Of a stretch of 64,000 nucleotides of DNA, positions 13,016 through 27,380 are shown piece after piece; position 1 is the first letter of the stretch, and each line of letters opens with the position of its first letter. Below the pieces are notes generated by a model. That model saw only the letters and a list, made by a program, of their open reading frames with translations, ran no database searches and was not told where the DNA came from. Made by a program: the position numbers and the translations under genes. This DNA is from the human T2T-CHM13v2.0 reference genome, Homo sapiens. The stretch is taken from the NCBI RefSeq assembly GCF_009914755.1, contig NC_060927.1; one strand, given 5' to 3'.

Positions 13016-15933
13016 GCTAAAATGTCTTCTAATTAAGATTATTCCAAAATGAAGCTAACATCAATAGGGAGACAAACAACACAAGAGGCATCAAACTGTA
13101 TAAGAAGTCTGAAAGAAAAAAAAGACTTAACGTCATGAGAGATGATTCTGTCCTCATTTTCACGTTAAACCAGAAGCTTCCTTCAGGGTACAGCTCAATG
13201 AGTCACCCTAGAGTATTCTAGGTATATATTGATATTCCTAAAAATCTAAACATATGTACCATATACAAACCGTGTCCCACAATTTATCACTTAAAGTTTA
13301 TTGTTTTTAAATGATTTCTCATTTATGAGTCTTTTCTCTCATTAGACGTTAATCTCTGTTATGTGAAGAGGTCATGCCTTATCTAGGCAGATATCCTACA
13401 AAGTGTTTGGCTAAGTACCCTAGTACTTTAATAAAAATTCAATATGCACAAATTTTCTATACAGCTTTAAGTAATTTTCTGTTTTTATTTACATACATCC
13501 CTTCATAATTTTCTAAGAAAATCAGGATCTACTCCAATTTCCTCATTACCCATCATCATCCAGAATGATGAAGAGATGTATAGATTATTAAGAAAATATT
13601 TGCGTTTGCTGAGTAAACCCGATATTATCTAATCAAAAGAACAGCTTCGGCTGTGCTGCTCCTAGCTGTGCTAGTCCACACAGCTTTCCCAGTTTTCATG
13701 AATTAGTGGAGGTAATGTTAAACCACTTTTCTAGTAAGAGTGCATAAGGATATTTAAGTGAGCTCATCCCTCTAACAAAGGAAAGAATAATTTTCATTAA
13801 TCATTATTCAACAGTACATCTTCTTGAACTAAATCATGAGAGGAGGAACTTATGATGTTTTTTATTAGTCAAAACATTTTCTATATATAGCTTAGTATAT
13901 GCAACGTGCCAAATTACAGAATTCTATTTACTGCTAATGTCAATTTACCACCACATTGCTTGATATAATTCAAAGTTTTCCAAGGAGCTATTTGACCTCC
14001 TATAGACTGAAAATAAAATCATGAGATTTAAATTACTTAATGCCAAAAAGGAAAGTCATCTTTTTCTCCTTCTTATGTCTTTGTTTCATAAAACTATTAT
14101 CAGACAGTCCATGCAAACAACTAAAAACAAAAAATTATATGGTGTAGTTAATTGAAAAAATGCTTTTGCTACACACAGAAATTGACACTAAGTGCTGTAT
14201 TAGAAGGAAATCAGTGATTTTCAATTGACATTGCACAGGAAATCATTTAGTGTCAATTGATATTAAATGGGTAAAATTGTACTGAATTAGTACAAAATGA
14301 TTTGGTGGAAAAAAATGTGCTTCCATTAGGTGACTTGATATTAAGTGGGCTTAAATGTAATAAGTTTTAGAGGTCACTAGTCAACAAAAATTGGGGCATG
14401 CTATTCAACCCTGAGTACATCAGACTGCTTGCTCTTAATACCCTCATCAAAAGATAAGTTAGTGTCATACTATCATGACAAAATTGTCTTCCTTTGGGCT
14501 TTCAAGGGAAGTGGGAAAATTCAAATTGTTTAAATGAGCTAAATTAGCCAGTGGTAAGGACCATGACTTCTTAGATTTATCTGGTGGTCCTAATCCTTTA
14601 AAAATATTTTTTTTTCTAGAATTTTTGGCATGAAATGAAAGGCAACATAACAGCACGTATTTTATGTAATATGGTCCAGATTGCGCTTTCTTTATAAAAT
14701 GGCTTTGACAGTAAGCACACAATAAATTATATTGTGTTAGGGAGTGATATGATTATATATAATGAAGTAACCACTTTATTGATCTTTTAAGAAACCTATG
14801 TTTTTAAACCTGAGTAATGAGGAAAGAGAAGTGTGTGGCTGCAGGAGACACAAGGAAGGAGAAGAAACAGGAAAAGTTACATTACACAGTCACTACAAGA
14901 ACAAATTGAATAAAATATTATAGATATTTTCTGGGAAGAGAAATGGGGGTTTGTGAGGTACAGAAAATTGTAAAACTCATTTGTTACTTAGTAATACAAG
15001 AAACAATAACAATAAAACAGACATACTGGGAACACTCCACCCAACAAAAACAGAATACGCAATCTTCTCAAGTGTATGTAAGGCAATTACCAGTGTCCAG
15101 GATAGACCACATATTAGGCCACAAATTAAGTCTCCATAGATTTAAATAGACAAATATCATACAAAGTATCCTTTCTGACCACAAAGGGATAAAGTTAGAA
15201 ATCAGTAACAAAATGAAAACAGTTAGGCAACATACTCTTAAACAAAGGATCAAAAAAGAAATCACAAGAGAAATTAGAAAACACCCAGAGATGAATGAAA
15301 AAGTATTATCCCAAATCAAAACTTAAGAAACACAGCAAAAGGAGTGCTAAGGGGAAAGTTTATAATTATAAATGCTTACATTAAACAACAAAAAAGACCT
15401 CAAATCAGAACCTAACTTTACAACCTAAGGAACTAAAAAAAAAAAAAAAAAAACAAACTAAACCCACAGCTAGCAGAAGGAAAGAAATACGTATTAGAGC
15501 AGATGTAAAATACAGAATAGAAAAATAAGATAAAACCAATAAAACCAAAAGTTGGTTCTTCAAAAATATTAATAAGATTGACAAACCTTTGGATATATAT
15601 ACTAAGAAAAAAAGAGAAGACTCAAATTACAAAAATCAGAAGTGAGAGAGGAAACACTACTACTATTCTACAGAAATAAAAATGATTATAAAAGAGTACG
15701 ATGAGCAATTGCTAGGCCAACGAATTGGATAACCTAGTTGAAATGTAGAAATTCCTAGAAAAACAAAACCTACCATAACTAAACCACAAAGGAATAGAAA
15801 ATCTGAATAGACCTATATAACTTGTAAGGAGATTGAATCAATATTCAAAAATCTCCCAATAAAGAAAAGTCCTGGACCTGATGACTTCACTGGTGAGTTC
15901 TACCAATTATTTTTAAAAAGAATAATATCAACT

Positions 15934-16170
15934 AAAGTTTCCTCAAAAAACAAAAAATTGAGCTACCACATGATCCAGCAATCCCACTGCTGGGTATGTA
16001 TATACCCAAAAGAAAGGAAATCAGTATATCAAAGAGGTATCTGCACTCTTATATTTGTTGCAGCACTGTTTACAATAGCTAAGATTTGGAAGTGTCCATC
16101 AACAGATGAATAGATAAAGAAGATGTGGCATATATACATAATGAAGTACTATTCAGCAATAAAAAAGAAT
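15934..16170 (+). mobile_element. Younger L1MA-type ORF2 C-terminal fragment inserted in the L1MB
   Basis: gagctaccacatgatccagcaatcccactgctggg...aaagaaaggaaatcagtatatcaaagagg, out of register with flanking host ORF2. Confidence 0.75.
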
Positions 16171-18018
16171 CCCTCTCAAACTTTTCCAAAAAAATCAGAG
16201 AAGGAAACACTCCCTGATTGATTACATGAGGCCTGTATTACCCTGATGCCAAAACCAGACAAAAACACAATAAATAAAAACAACAGACCAATATCTCTTA
16301 TGAGCATTGACAAGGATTGAAAATCCTTAACAAATTATAGCAAACCAAATTCAGTAGCATATTAAAAGGATTTTACCCTATGACCAAGTAGGATTTGTCG
16401 TTGAAATGCAAGGATTTTTAACAGATGTAAACCCATCAACATAATACACCACATTAACAAAATAAAGGGAAAAAACAATAATCTTGATTAATGCAGAAAA
16501 ACTACTTGACAAAATCTGACATCCTTTTATAATAAAAATCCTCAAAAACTAAGAATAAAAGTAAAAAACCCTAACATAATAAAATCCATGTATTAAAAAC
16601 TCACAGCTAAAATAATACTCAAGGGTAAAATACTGAAAGCTCTTCCTCTGAGATCAGCAACAAGGCAAGTACTATTCCACATAATACTGAAAGTCCTAGT
16701 CAGAGCAGTTAATTAGGAAAAAAAGAAATGAAAGGCACCCAAATCAGAAAGAAATAAGTAAAATTATCTCTGTTCACATATCATATGATCTCATATGTAA
16801 AAAACATATTCCACAATTTCCACCAAAAAAAAACCCTGTTAGAACTAATAAATAAATACAACAAAGCAGCAGGATAAAAAAAATCATCACGCAAAAATCA
16901 GTCACATTGCTACACACTAACACTGAACAATCTAAAAAGAAAACTAAGAAAACAATTCCATATACAGTAGTATCACAAAGAATAATACTATTTAGAAATT
17001 AACCAAAGAAATAAAATTTTTACCAATAAAATCTATAAAACTTTTCTGAAAGAAATTAAAGAAGACATAAATGAAAAGAATTGTGTTCACGAATTGGAAG
17101 GCTTAACATTGTCAAGATATCAGTTCTGCCCAAAGTAAGATATAATGTATTCCCTATAAAAATCCAAATTATGTTTTCACAGAAATAGAAAAACTCATCC
17201 CAAAATTCACACGAAGTATCAGAGAACCCCCAAACAGCCAAAACAAAACTAAAAATGAAGAATAAAACCAAAGCACTCAAACTTCCTGGTTTCAAAACGT
17301 ACTACAAAGCTACAGTAATCAAAACAGCACGGTACTGGCGTAAAGACAAACTAAGAAATAAAATAGAGTCCAGAAATAAACCCTCACCAGTGTGGTTAAA
17401 TGATCCTTGAAAAGGGTGCTAAAATTATTCAATGGGGAACAGACAGTCTTTTCAATAAATAGTGATTGGGAAAAGTGGGTATCCACATGCAAAAGAATAA
17501 ACTTCAATCCTTACCTAACACCATATATAAAATTAATTCAAAATAGATTCTAAATATAAGCTTTAAATATAAGATCTAAAACTATAAAACTCTTGGAAGA
17601 AAGCATGAGGCAAAAGCTTCATCATACTGGATTTGGCAATTATTTGAGTATGACAACAGGCCATAGGCAATGACAACAAAAAAGACAAATTGAGCTTCAT
17701 AAAAATTAAAAATTAAATGCACCTCAAAAGTCACCATCAACAGAGTAAAAAGCCAAACCACTGAATAAGGGAACATGTTTGCAAGTCTCATATTGGATAA
17801 GGGGTTAACATCCAAAATATACAGAGAACTCCTAAAAACACAACAACAAAAATCTGAATCAAAACTGTGCAAAGAACTTGAATAGACATATTTCCAAGAA
17901 AGATATACAGATGGCAAACAAGCACATGAAAAGATGTTCAACATGACTAATCATTTGGGAAATGTAAATCAAAGCTACAATGAAATGGAATCTCACACCA
18001 ATTAGAATTGCTACTATC

Positions 18019-18046
18019 AAACACACACACACACACACACACACAC
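18019..18046 (+). repeat. (CA)n microsatellite within L1
   Basis: Direct reading. Confidence 0.95.
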
Positions 18047-18752
18047 AAAACAAGTTTTAGTGAGGATATGGAGAAGTTGGAACCATTTTACACCTTTGAT
18101 AGAAATGTGAAAAACAGCATGGCAGTTTCTCAAAAAGTTAAAAAATAGAACTACCATATGACAGAGCAATTCCACCTCTGGGTATATATTCAAAAGAACT
18201 GACAGCAGGGTCTTGAAGAGATATTTGTTAATATGTTCATAGCAGCCATATTCACAACACCCATATTCACAATTACTAAAATATGGAAGCAATTCAAGTG
18301 TCTATTGGATGGATAAATGGATACACAAATTGTGATATATATACACAATGGAATATTATTCAGTCTTAAAAAGTAAGGAAATTGTGACATATGCTACAAC
18401 ATCAGTGAACTTTGAGGACACTATGCTAAATGAAATAAAGCCAAACACAAAAAGACAAATATTGTATGATCCAATTTATATGAAGTACTTAGGGAAATTA
18501 AATCATAAAGACAGAAAGTACAACGGTGGTTGCCAGGTTGCTGGTGGGAAGGAAAAATGAGGAGTTGTTCTTTTATGTGTATAGGCTTTAAGTTTGCAAG
18601 ATGAAAATAATTCTGGAGATACTTGGTGGTAATGGGTTCACAATAATATGAATGTACTTAATGCCACCAAACTGTACAGTTAAAATTGAATAAGGTGGTG
18701 TATTTTATGTTATGTGTATTTTACTACAATAAAAAAGTTGAAAAAAAAATGA

Positions 18753-19202
<450 letters not shown>

Positions 19203-19549
19203 TAAATGTGACCTGCCCCACCCCAAAAATACATAGATAGGGAACTCTTCATGGTAATCACTGGGCTTGAAGAGATAGCATTAACCTTTTTTCTAATTTG
19301 GCCCTGAGACTGAAAAATATATATATCCATAGGAACCCATACAGAACTTACGATGAATGTCCACGAAGTAAACCAAGAACATTCCCCCTAGCATTAGCAG
19401 AGAGCATTCTAAAATATAATTTAGTTTCATCACAGAGGAAGCTTACAATGAAACTGGAGCTACATTCAGGACAGTCTTTAAGGTTCAGGAGAATGATTTG
19501 CTGATTCAAATGGACAACAGAGAAATCTGATTAAATAATAATATATTTA

Positions 19550-20060
<511 letters not shown>

Positions 20061-21529
20061 CAAGTAAAGAATTTTTAACTAGGTAATTTGGACTTTCAAA
20101 ACTGGGACATAGTTGGTGATTTAAAATAAAAATCCTCTTGCAAGAATCTGAAGCTAAAATGTTCCAAAGCACAACAGGAGCTGTGAACAAGTTAGTAGTC
20201 TATAAGGAGAAGTATAAATACATTGGAAGAATTAATCTAGGGGGAGGAATGTGGTTTAAGCAGTAATTGATAGGTGAAGATGAGCACAAAAATCAGAAAA
20301 CACATAACTGTACCTGTAAGTTGCTATTCCTTTAAATCTTGCCTTATTTTTAAATAAATAAATATGCTAGAAAACATTTATTCTTTGTGGTTTTAGTACA
20401 TAGAATAATATTTTAATTTCCAAATACCACAAATGAGGTCTAAAACATGATTAAATAATTAACTCCATTATCCTTACAATAGAAAACTTAGCTATTCAAA
20501 CAATGAAGTTTCACATGGGTGATGCCACCTCCTACATTGTCACACATTAAAAAGTTATAGTCACAGGTTTTTAAAGAAATAACAGCTTTTCCGGGTTAAA
20601 CTTCCAATCTCAAGCCTATTCATGATGATAAATGTCACAGGGTCAAAGACCTACAGGGAAAATCTACGTTAGCTCTAAGGTGGGTTAACCAGTACACACT
20701 GATTAATCCAAAATCCATTTGTTAGGAACAAGGCAAGTACTACACACCCTTCATTTTGAAGATACTCATAAACCCAATTAACAATTTTCAATGACAAAGC
20801 TTGTCCCTTTGTATGTATGTATAATAACATCATAGAACTCTATACAAGCACATACAAAACAAGGTGAAAACTGACTTGGCCATACAGGTTTGCAATCTAA
20901 CTAGAAAGCATAAATATCACAAATAAATAGATGTAAATACAATTAGTACATTGATAAACATACTTCATACTCTTATGCAGTAAATACTCAAAAAAATAAG
21001 CAATGAAAATAACATAGAATACTTGTTGAACTGACTAAACTCATCCCAGTGAAGTTTCCTGAATACATTTTCCTTGAATTTTTATTATAAAACTGCAGCT
21101 AAATTTTGCCTAAACAAGTTTATCCCTAAATGTAAACAATGCATCCAACATTATAGAAATCATCAATTTTTAAAAATCTGTTGTTGGTAAACTATTAACG
21201 TCATTATATTCAAAGGAAATGTTAAAATTATTAAAATTTTAATATTTTAATTCTAAAAACTATATACTACTATCAACATTTGCTTCACACATCTGCAATA
21301 TGAAAGTGGTAACGTCTAAAGGTTTAACATTTTAAAATAATATTTTCACCTTTTAGCCATTGCATTATATCAAAGTTATGCAATTTTTTACCTTTTTATT
21401 ATTATTTTTTGCATTCTCTCCCTTTACTGGAGATTATTGCCTTCTTCTCTGACATCATAACTAGATAATATCTCAATGACCTGTTACTGTATCCTTGGAT
21501 AAGAGGAGATAGCATCTCCAGTAAGGTCA

Positions 21530-22045
21530 AATATGAGTCAACCATGTGATATGGGTACTGAAAAATTCCAATTAAATCTTAAACTGACCTGACAGAATAA
21601 CAGTATCTAGAATGAGGGAGATGACATTCCCACTCTCATCAGCAATGGTCAGATGGCATGATCAATACTGTGATACATGACCCAGAAGCACAATAATATC
21701 CTAAGAAGGGGGAAGAGGAAGGGTGAAAGACTAGAATCATAACATATTTGGAATGGTAGAAAGAATCAAGGGTATTACATGTTGACTATGCGATTAGGAA
21801 AACAATCGGGATAGAAAACGTTTCAAATGTTTGAAAACTTCAAATGAGATTACTCTGTATGTTCCCAAGGCATATACTATTAATAAAATGATGGGTTGAG
21901 AATACTAGATACAGGTTTCAACTCAAAGTAAATAAGAACCTCTTAACATCAGAATTGCTCACAGATGACGTGTTGCTTGAAATATTAGTGAACATATTTC
22001 AAGCAGAGACTGGAGGTGTTTAAAGCAGTTTTACAATATGATTCT
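21530..22045 (+). mobile_element. L3/CR1 LINE 3' region
   Basis: atgagtcaaccatgtgat...ctagaatgagggagatgacattcccactct...tggtcaga; caggtttcaactcaaagtaaataagaacctcttaac; tttcaagcagagactgga. Confidence 0.75.
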
Positions 22046-22239
22046 ATTAGTCTTCTCAAAGCTCAGAATTAAAATATTTAATAATGCTGAGTGGTGGATG
22101 TTTTTACAGTGTGGCCTGGAATCTGCAGTTATCAACCTACAAGTGTCTGATTTTTATTAGCAAAGTATTAAAAAGTTGTTCATTTTCCCAATTTAAGAAG
22201 AAGTTTATGCACTGGACATTGCTTTTCAAAAGTTATTTT

Positions 22240-22590
22240 TTGAATAGTGGTAACCAAAGGTTGGGGCTTGCGTAGTGGGGAGAATGGGGACATGTTGGTC
22301 AAAGGGTACAAAATTTCAGTTAGGAGATATAAATTATGGCCATCTATTTTACAGCATGAAAACACATAGTTGGTAACAAATAATGCACTACACACCTGAA
22401 AATTGCTGAGGATAGATTTTAAATGTTATCACCATACACACACATATACATACACACAAATGATAAGTATGTGAGATGATAGATATGTTAAGTAGCTTGA
22501 TTTATTATTTCACACTGAGTATATATATGTTAAAACATCCTTTGCTCACCATAAATATATACAATTTCATTTGTCAATTAAAAATAATAA
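22240..22590 (+). mobile_element. L1MA (MA6-8-like) 3' end
   Basis: gttggtcaaagggtacaaaatttcagttagg...ataaatatatacaatttcatttgtcaattaaaaataa. Confidence 0.85.
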
Positions 22591-22671
22591 CAAAGTTACA
22601 TATATAATTTTTTTTATTTCAAGTGGTATGGCTTTATATAATGCTGAATGACTCACTGACTGATTGAATCA

Positions 22672-23230
22672 CTGTCATTCATTCAACAGACATTTATTCA
22701 GAGCCTGGTATGTGCCAAAGACTGCAAAGTGGCATACAAAAAGAAAGAATAAGACAAAGCCTATGCTTATAATATGTCAGGGTAAGTAGACACCCAAAAA
22801 TAATCATTTTCAAAGTTTAAGATCTTATTCTAGAAGCCTGTGCTCTGGGAGCACACTGGAATGGCATTTAACTTTCCAGAAGAATCAAGGAAGACTTCAC
22901 TGAGGAGGTGATATTTGAGCTGGGCTTTAAAAGATTAATAGGTTTTAACTAGATAGCAAGGGAATGGAATGATATTTCAGGCAGAAGAAGCATTATGTAC
23001 TCAGAGGCATGAAAGTACATGGTGTGGTTAGTGAAAAAGGCAAGAAATTTGGTAAAGCTGAAATGTGAGGTATAAAGTATGGAAAGAGTGAAAATAAGAC
23101 TGACAAAGTAGATCATGACTAAATATTTGGGGTCAATATAAGCCATGCTAAGGTGTTTGGGTTTAATCTTGGGCACAAAGAAATGTTTTCAAGTAGAAAG
23201 GTAACATGGTTACATTTGCATTTTAGACAA
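22672..23230 (-). mobile_element. L2 3' portion
   Basis: cattcattcaacagacatttattcagagcctggtatgtgcca...ggaagacttcactgaggaggtgatatttgagctggg. Confidence 0.8.
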
Positions 23231-23343
23231 TATATGTGCATCATGTGTGAGAAACTCATTTCTATAAATACTAGTTTTTGCCTTGAAACATTTCAGGGGG
23301 AGTGGAATCCTCGAGTTACTGGCACCAGCAAGGGTAAATTAAT

Positions 23344-23362
23344 GGGCACTAGATGGCGGCAT
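23344..23362 (+). promoter_or_regulatory. Candidate CTCF site
   Basis: gggcactagatggcggcat resembles the CTCF core CCAC(C/T)AG(A/G)(G/T)GGC(A/G)C; GC-rich with retained CpG in AT-rich context. Confidence 0.55.
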
Positions 23363-25283
23363 AGAGTGCCCAATTCTTCATAATATCAGTTACTATTTCT
23401 GAGCCTGTATTTTTGACTTAAATAATTCCTTTATTCAAAAATCCCATTAAATGAATATGCACTATTTAGACTGATTGGCATGAAGTAATAGACTACTGTA
23501 AGGGGAACACGCATTTTTTAAAAGAGGTAAAGCCCATGTTGGTGCATGATGGAAAAGGCAGTTGAGGATTATAAAAATATTTGGATAAAATTAAAAATAC
23601 AACTTTGAGTTCAATGGAATCTTAAATTTCTCTTGCAGAAGTTGCCATTCGTCTTTAAATAATAATACATATATGTGTAAAACACCTAAACTTCATAAAG
23701 TCATGTTATATTCACCATCTGTCCTCTTCTTCAATTACCACCATTACCACATGGACAAACATTACAATTCACATTTTACAAGGAACGAAACTGAGGCTCA
23801 TGTAAATGTTTTTCCCAGTTTATATGGTACAGTTAATAAATAATAGTACCAAAACCAAAACTCTAGTTTTTTTATTACAAATCCAGTCTTTGGTTCACTT
23901 TGTCATGTTTCACAACTGAAAAACAATTGGGAACTAGGACAAGATTAAGACAAGGAAATGATAGAACCAAATGATTCTAATGCCATTCTGTGATAAACAG
24001 AGAGCAAATACTGTAAATTGGATTGTATATTCATTAAGCCCATGGTTTCTGACAATTATTTTGGAAGAATTTACATGTCAAAGAAAATTATGACCAATAT
24101 TTAGTTATACCAAGGAATTTACATTGGAGAAGCTCTATATATTTTTAATGTTTGGTTGATAATATGTTAACAAGATGATTAGTAAGAAACACAAAAATAG
24201 TTTGTAACTTAAGATGTAAAAGATTCCAAATAACTATAAATTCCCTATGGAGAAGCCATCTCTGCCCCATGTCATCATGCCTTTAAAATTAGACGCAAAA
24301 GTTTGAATACTCAACAGTAGAATTGTTTATTTAGTAGTGTGGAAGGTCTACCTCTGTCTATTTCCTGAGGGAAAGCGGCTATAATGAGCCTGCCTGAATT
24401 ATGAGAATAAAGTTTTCCTTTTTTAAAGAGTTTATTCTAACAGATAGGAGGTAACTTTTATTTCTGCCTTCCTCTCTTGCCACTCCATCCCCAGCTAAGA
24501 ATCCAATCCCTCAAGAGCTGTCATCGTTTTTGTTGTTGTTGATACTCTCCACCAAGACAAACTAAACCAGACTGAGACCATGCCATTTTAGCATTATGAA
24601 ACAAGAAAGAAAGCAAAAGTCACCAACAGAGCAATACAGGAATTTGAGATGTACAGAGGAACTGAAAAAAGAGGAGCTGATAGGAGCATTCTCTTTCAAA
24701 GCTCAATTTAGTGTTCCAACTACTTAAAACCCTATCACAATATACTCTATGCCATCAGGGAAGAAAAATGCCAATTTTAAAACATTATTTTCACTTTTTT
24801 ATAAAAGGTAAAACATGTTAAGGTCCATACGTAAAATCTTTCCAACACATCAGTTCATCTGCAAATTAGTAGCTGAAGTCTGCTCAAACGCAGAGGAAAC
24901 TTCCATTTAGGTCTTGAAAAAGAATAGAGCTCATTTTAAAACATCTTTATTTATTTGTGCAACAGTGAGTTTAGAAACAAAGTATCCAGTGTATTTTCCT
25001 AGAGTTAAAAAAAGAAATATTTTTATTGAGTACATTCCAAAACAATTAAATATTCTCTTACCCCACCCTTTTCACCAACTGAATAGTTTTCGTTTGACTT
25101 TGAATTACCACCCACTTACTGATTTACAAACTGGTCAAATTCAGCATATATACCCACACTCATAAAAAATGCATTTCAGGTTTCCCTTTTTGGATTAAAA
25201 ACTAAAATTTTATTTTACAGTGAGAGCTAATTTGTTAGGTAAGACACAATTAAACCAAGAAAGATAAATCTAAACTTACTTAC

Positions 25284-25418
25284 TTCTTCCAAATTTGAAA
25301 ATTGTCCATGAGATCTTCACCAATAAGCTACATCTTTTCCATGCTTTATGATCATACCCCATTTTTTGTATGCAAAGAAGAAAGGGGACTAATATCTTTG
25401 ATCATAAGTGTTGAGATC
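25284..25418 (-). other. Candidate 135-nt exon (phase-0 frame has 2 stops)
   Basis: atttaatttag|GATCTC...GGAAGAA|gtaagtaagt; reads DLNTYDQRY*SPFFFAYKKWGMIIKHGKDVAYW*RSHGQFSNLEE. Confidence 0.35.
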
Positions 25419-25739
25419 CTAAATTAAATCTAAGATTTGGGGCCTTATTAATACAAAGGGAGAAAATAGTTAACTGAAGATGTCATTAGTAAAAATTTTC
25501 ATTAACTTCTATCTCTATAATTTCTGGCCTTTCCAGTTTTCGGTTGCATCTTTCTAGAAATGCATGTCCTTTTCCTAGCCTTAGCTCTGAAAATATTGCT
25601 TCTACCCATAAAATGTCATGTTGATAATGCTTTAAATATTGAACTATAAAATTTCTATATCAGAATTAATGAGCCTATTTCATGTTTTAACACTGAAAAT
25701 ACATTCTAAGAGTTTAGAACTTCTTTAATAATTTGTTTA

Positions 25740-26114
<375 letters not shown>

Positions 26115-26263
26115 AAAAGTAGTTGAAACCAGAAAAAAAGAGATCATCTAACATATAGGAGTAGAATTTTGAGATATAAAGTTTTACTCCACATTTTCTT
26201 TGTCACTAATATTTCCCCACTATTCCTTGCACTCATAAGCCCTTATTTTCAGAATTTATTGTC

Positions 26264-26682
26264 TATTATGGTTTTAATATGTGTCCCCTCCAAATCTCAT
26301 GATGAAATGTGGTCTCCAGTGTTGGAGGAGGGCCTGGTGGGAGGTGTTTGGATCATGGGGGTTGATACCTAATGAATGGCTTGGCACCATCTCCTTGGTA
26401 ATAAGTGAGCTCTCACTCTAAGTTCACATGAGATCTGGTTGCTTAAATGCATGTGGCACCTCCTCACCTCCTTGCTCCTGCTTTTGCCATGTGAAGTACC
26501 TGCTCCTCCTTTGCCTTCTGCCATTACTGTAAGATTCCTTAGGCCTCCCCAGAAACCAAGCAGATTCCAGCACCATGCTTCCTGTACAGCCTGCAGAACT
26601 ATGAGCCAATTAAACCTCTTTTCTTTATAAATTAACTTGCTTCAGGTATTTCTTTATAGCAATACAAGAATGGCCTACTACA
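26264..26682 (+). mobile_element. MSTA/MSTB MaLR solo LTR
   Basis: ccaaatctcatgatgaaatgt...gcttcctgtacagcctgcagaactatgagccaattaaacctcttttctttataaatt...ca. Confidence 0.9.
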
Positions 26683-27054
26683 CTCTCCAGAAGTTTCAAA
26701 TCACGTAAGACTAAATGTTAGTATTCTTACTGCAAGCCAACCAGCGTAGGTTCACCCTCTTTTATTTTGCAGCGAGAAAAACAAAACAAAACAAAACTAA
26801 ATCCATAGAGCTGATTTTGATTTACAGATACATTCATTTTATTTATAGGTATCAGGCATACTTTTTTCCAAGCTTCAGACCTCCAATGAGAAGGCAAAGC
26901 CTAATGTGGTTCAGTCTTATTACCTGGCTAATTTGAAAGGCAAAATAAATGACAGTGAAGAAATAAAAGACAGCTAAACCAGATGATGTTGGTTTGTAAA
27001 CTTTAATGACTACTTATTAAAATTTTGCAAAAAATGAAATTGGTTATTATCTAT

Positions 27055-27380
27055 ATCAGTGATTTCCAATGGTGGCTACCAGAAGAATTGCTTGGGAACC
27101 TTTTAAAACATACCAATGCCAGAGCCCTGCCTTACACCAATTAAATCATATTTGGCAGTGCCAAGTTTAAAACATACCTGAGGTAGCATTTTGTTAAGAC
27201 TGTTTAACAAAGTTATCGAGAACACAAGCTACTTTCAATCTGAACTTCATTTGCCTCATCCCCAAAATGGGCAGAATAACTACACTATGTGGATATTGTG
27301 AGAATTAAATGAAATAATGCTTAAGAAGAATCCAGAACAATGACTGGCTCACAGTATGTACTCATTTGTAGGTGGTATTG
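27055..27380. mobile_element. MER5A fragment followed by MIR (+)
   Basis: cagtgatttccaat...cttttaaaacataccaatgccagagccc...; then ttcatttgcctcatccccaaaatggg...ttgtgagaattaaatgaaataat. Confidence 0.6.

Larger units (their letters stand above)
15020..18750 (+). mobile_element. ~3.7 kb 5'-truncated L1MB (MB2/3-like): ORF2 remnant plus 3' UTR
   Basis: Continuous L1 ORF2 homology (gatagaccacatattaggccacaaa; aaaagttggttcttcaaaaa; ggtactggcgtaaagaca) ending in L1MB 3' UTR gaatgtacttaatgccaccaaactgtacag...ttttactacaataaaaaa; many stops and frameshifts. Confidence 0.9.

Noticed and set aside
13565-13611. C/D box snoRNA-like ATGATGA...CTGA
   Set aside because: Only ~47 nt, with no terminal stem or recognisable guide
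15068-18560. Multiple ORFs in the L1MB, and those at 58023-60458
   Set aside because: Fragments or antisense frames of a disabled L1 ORF2
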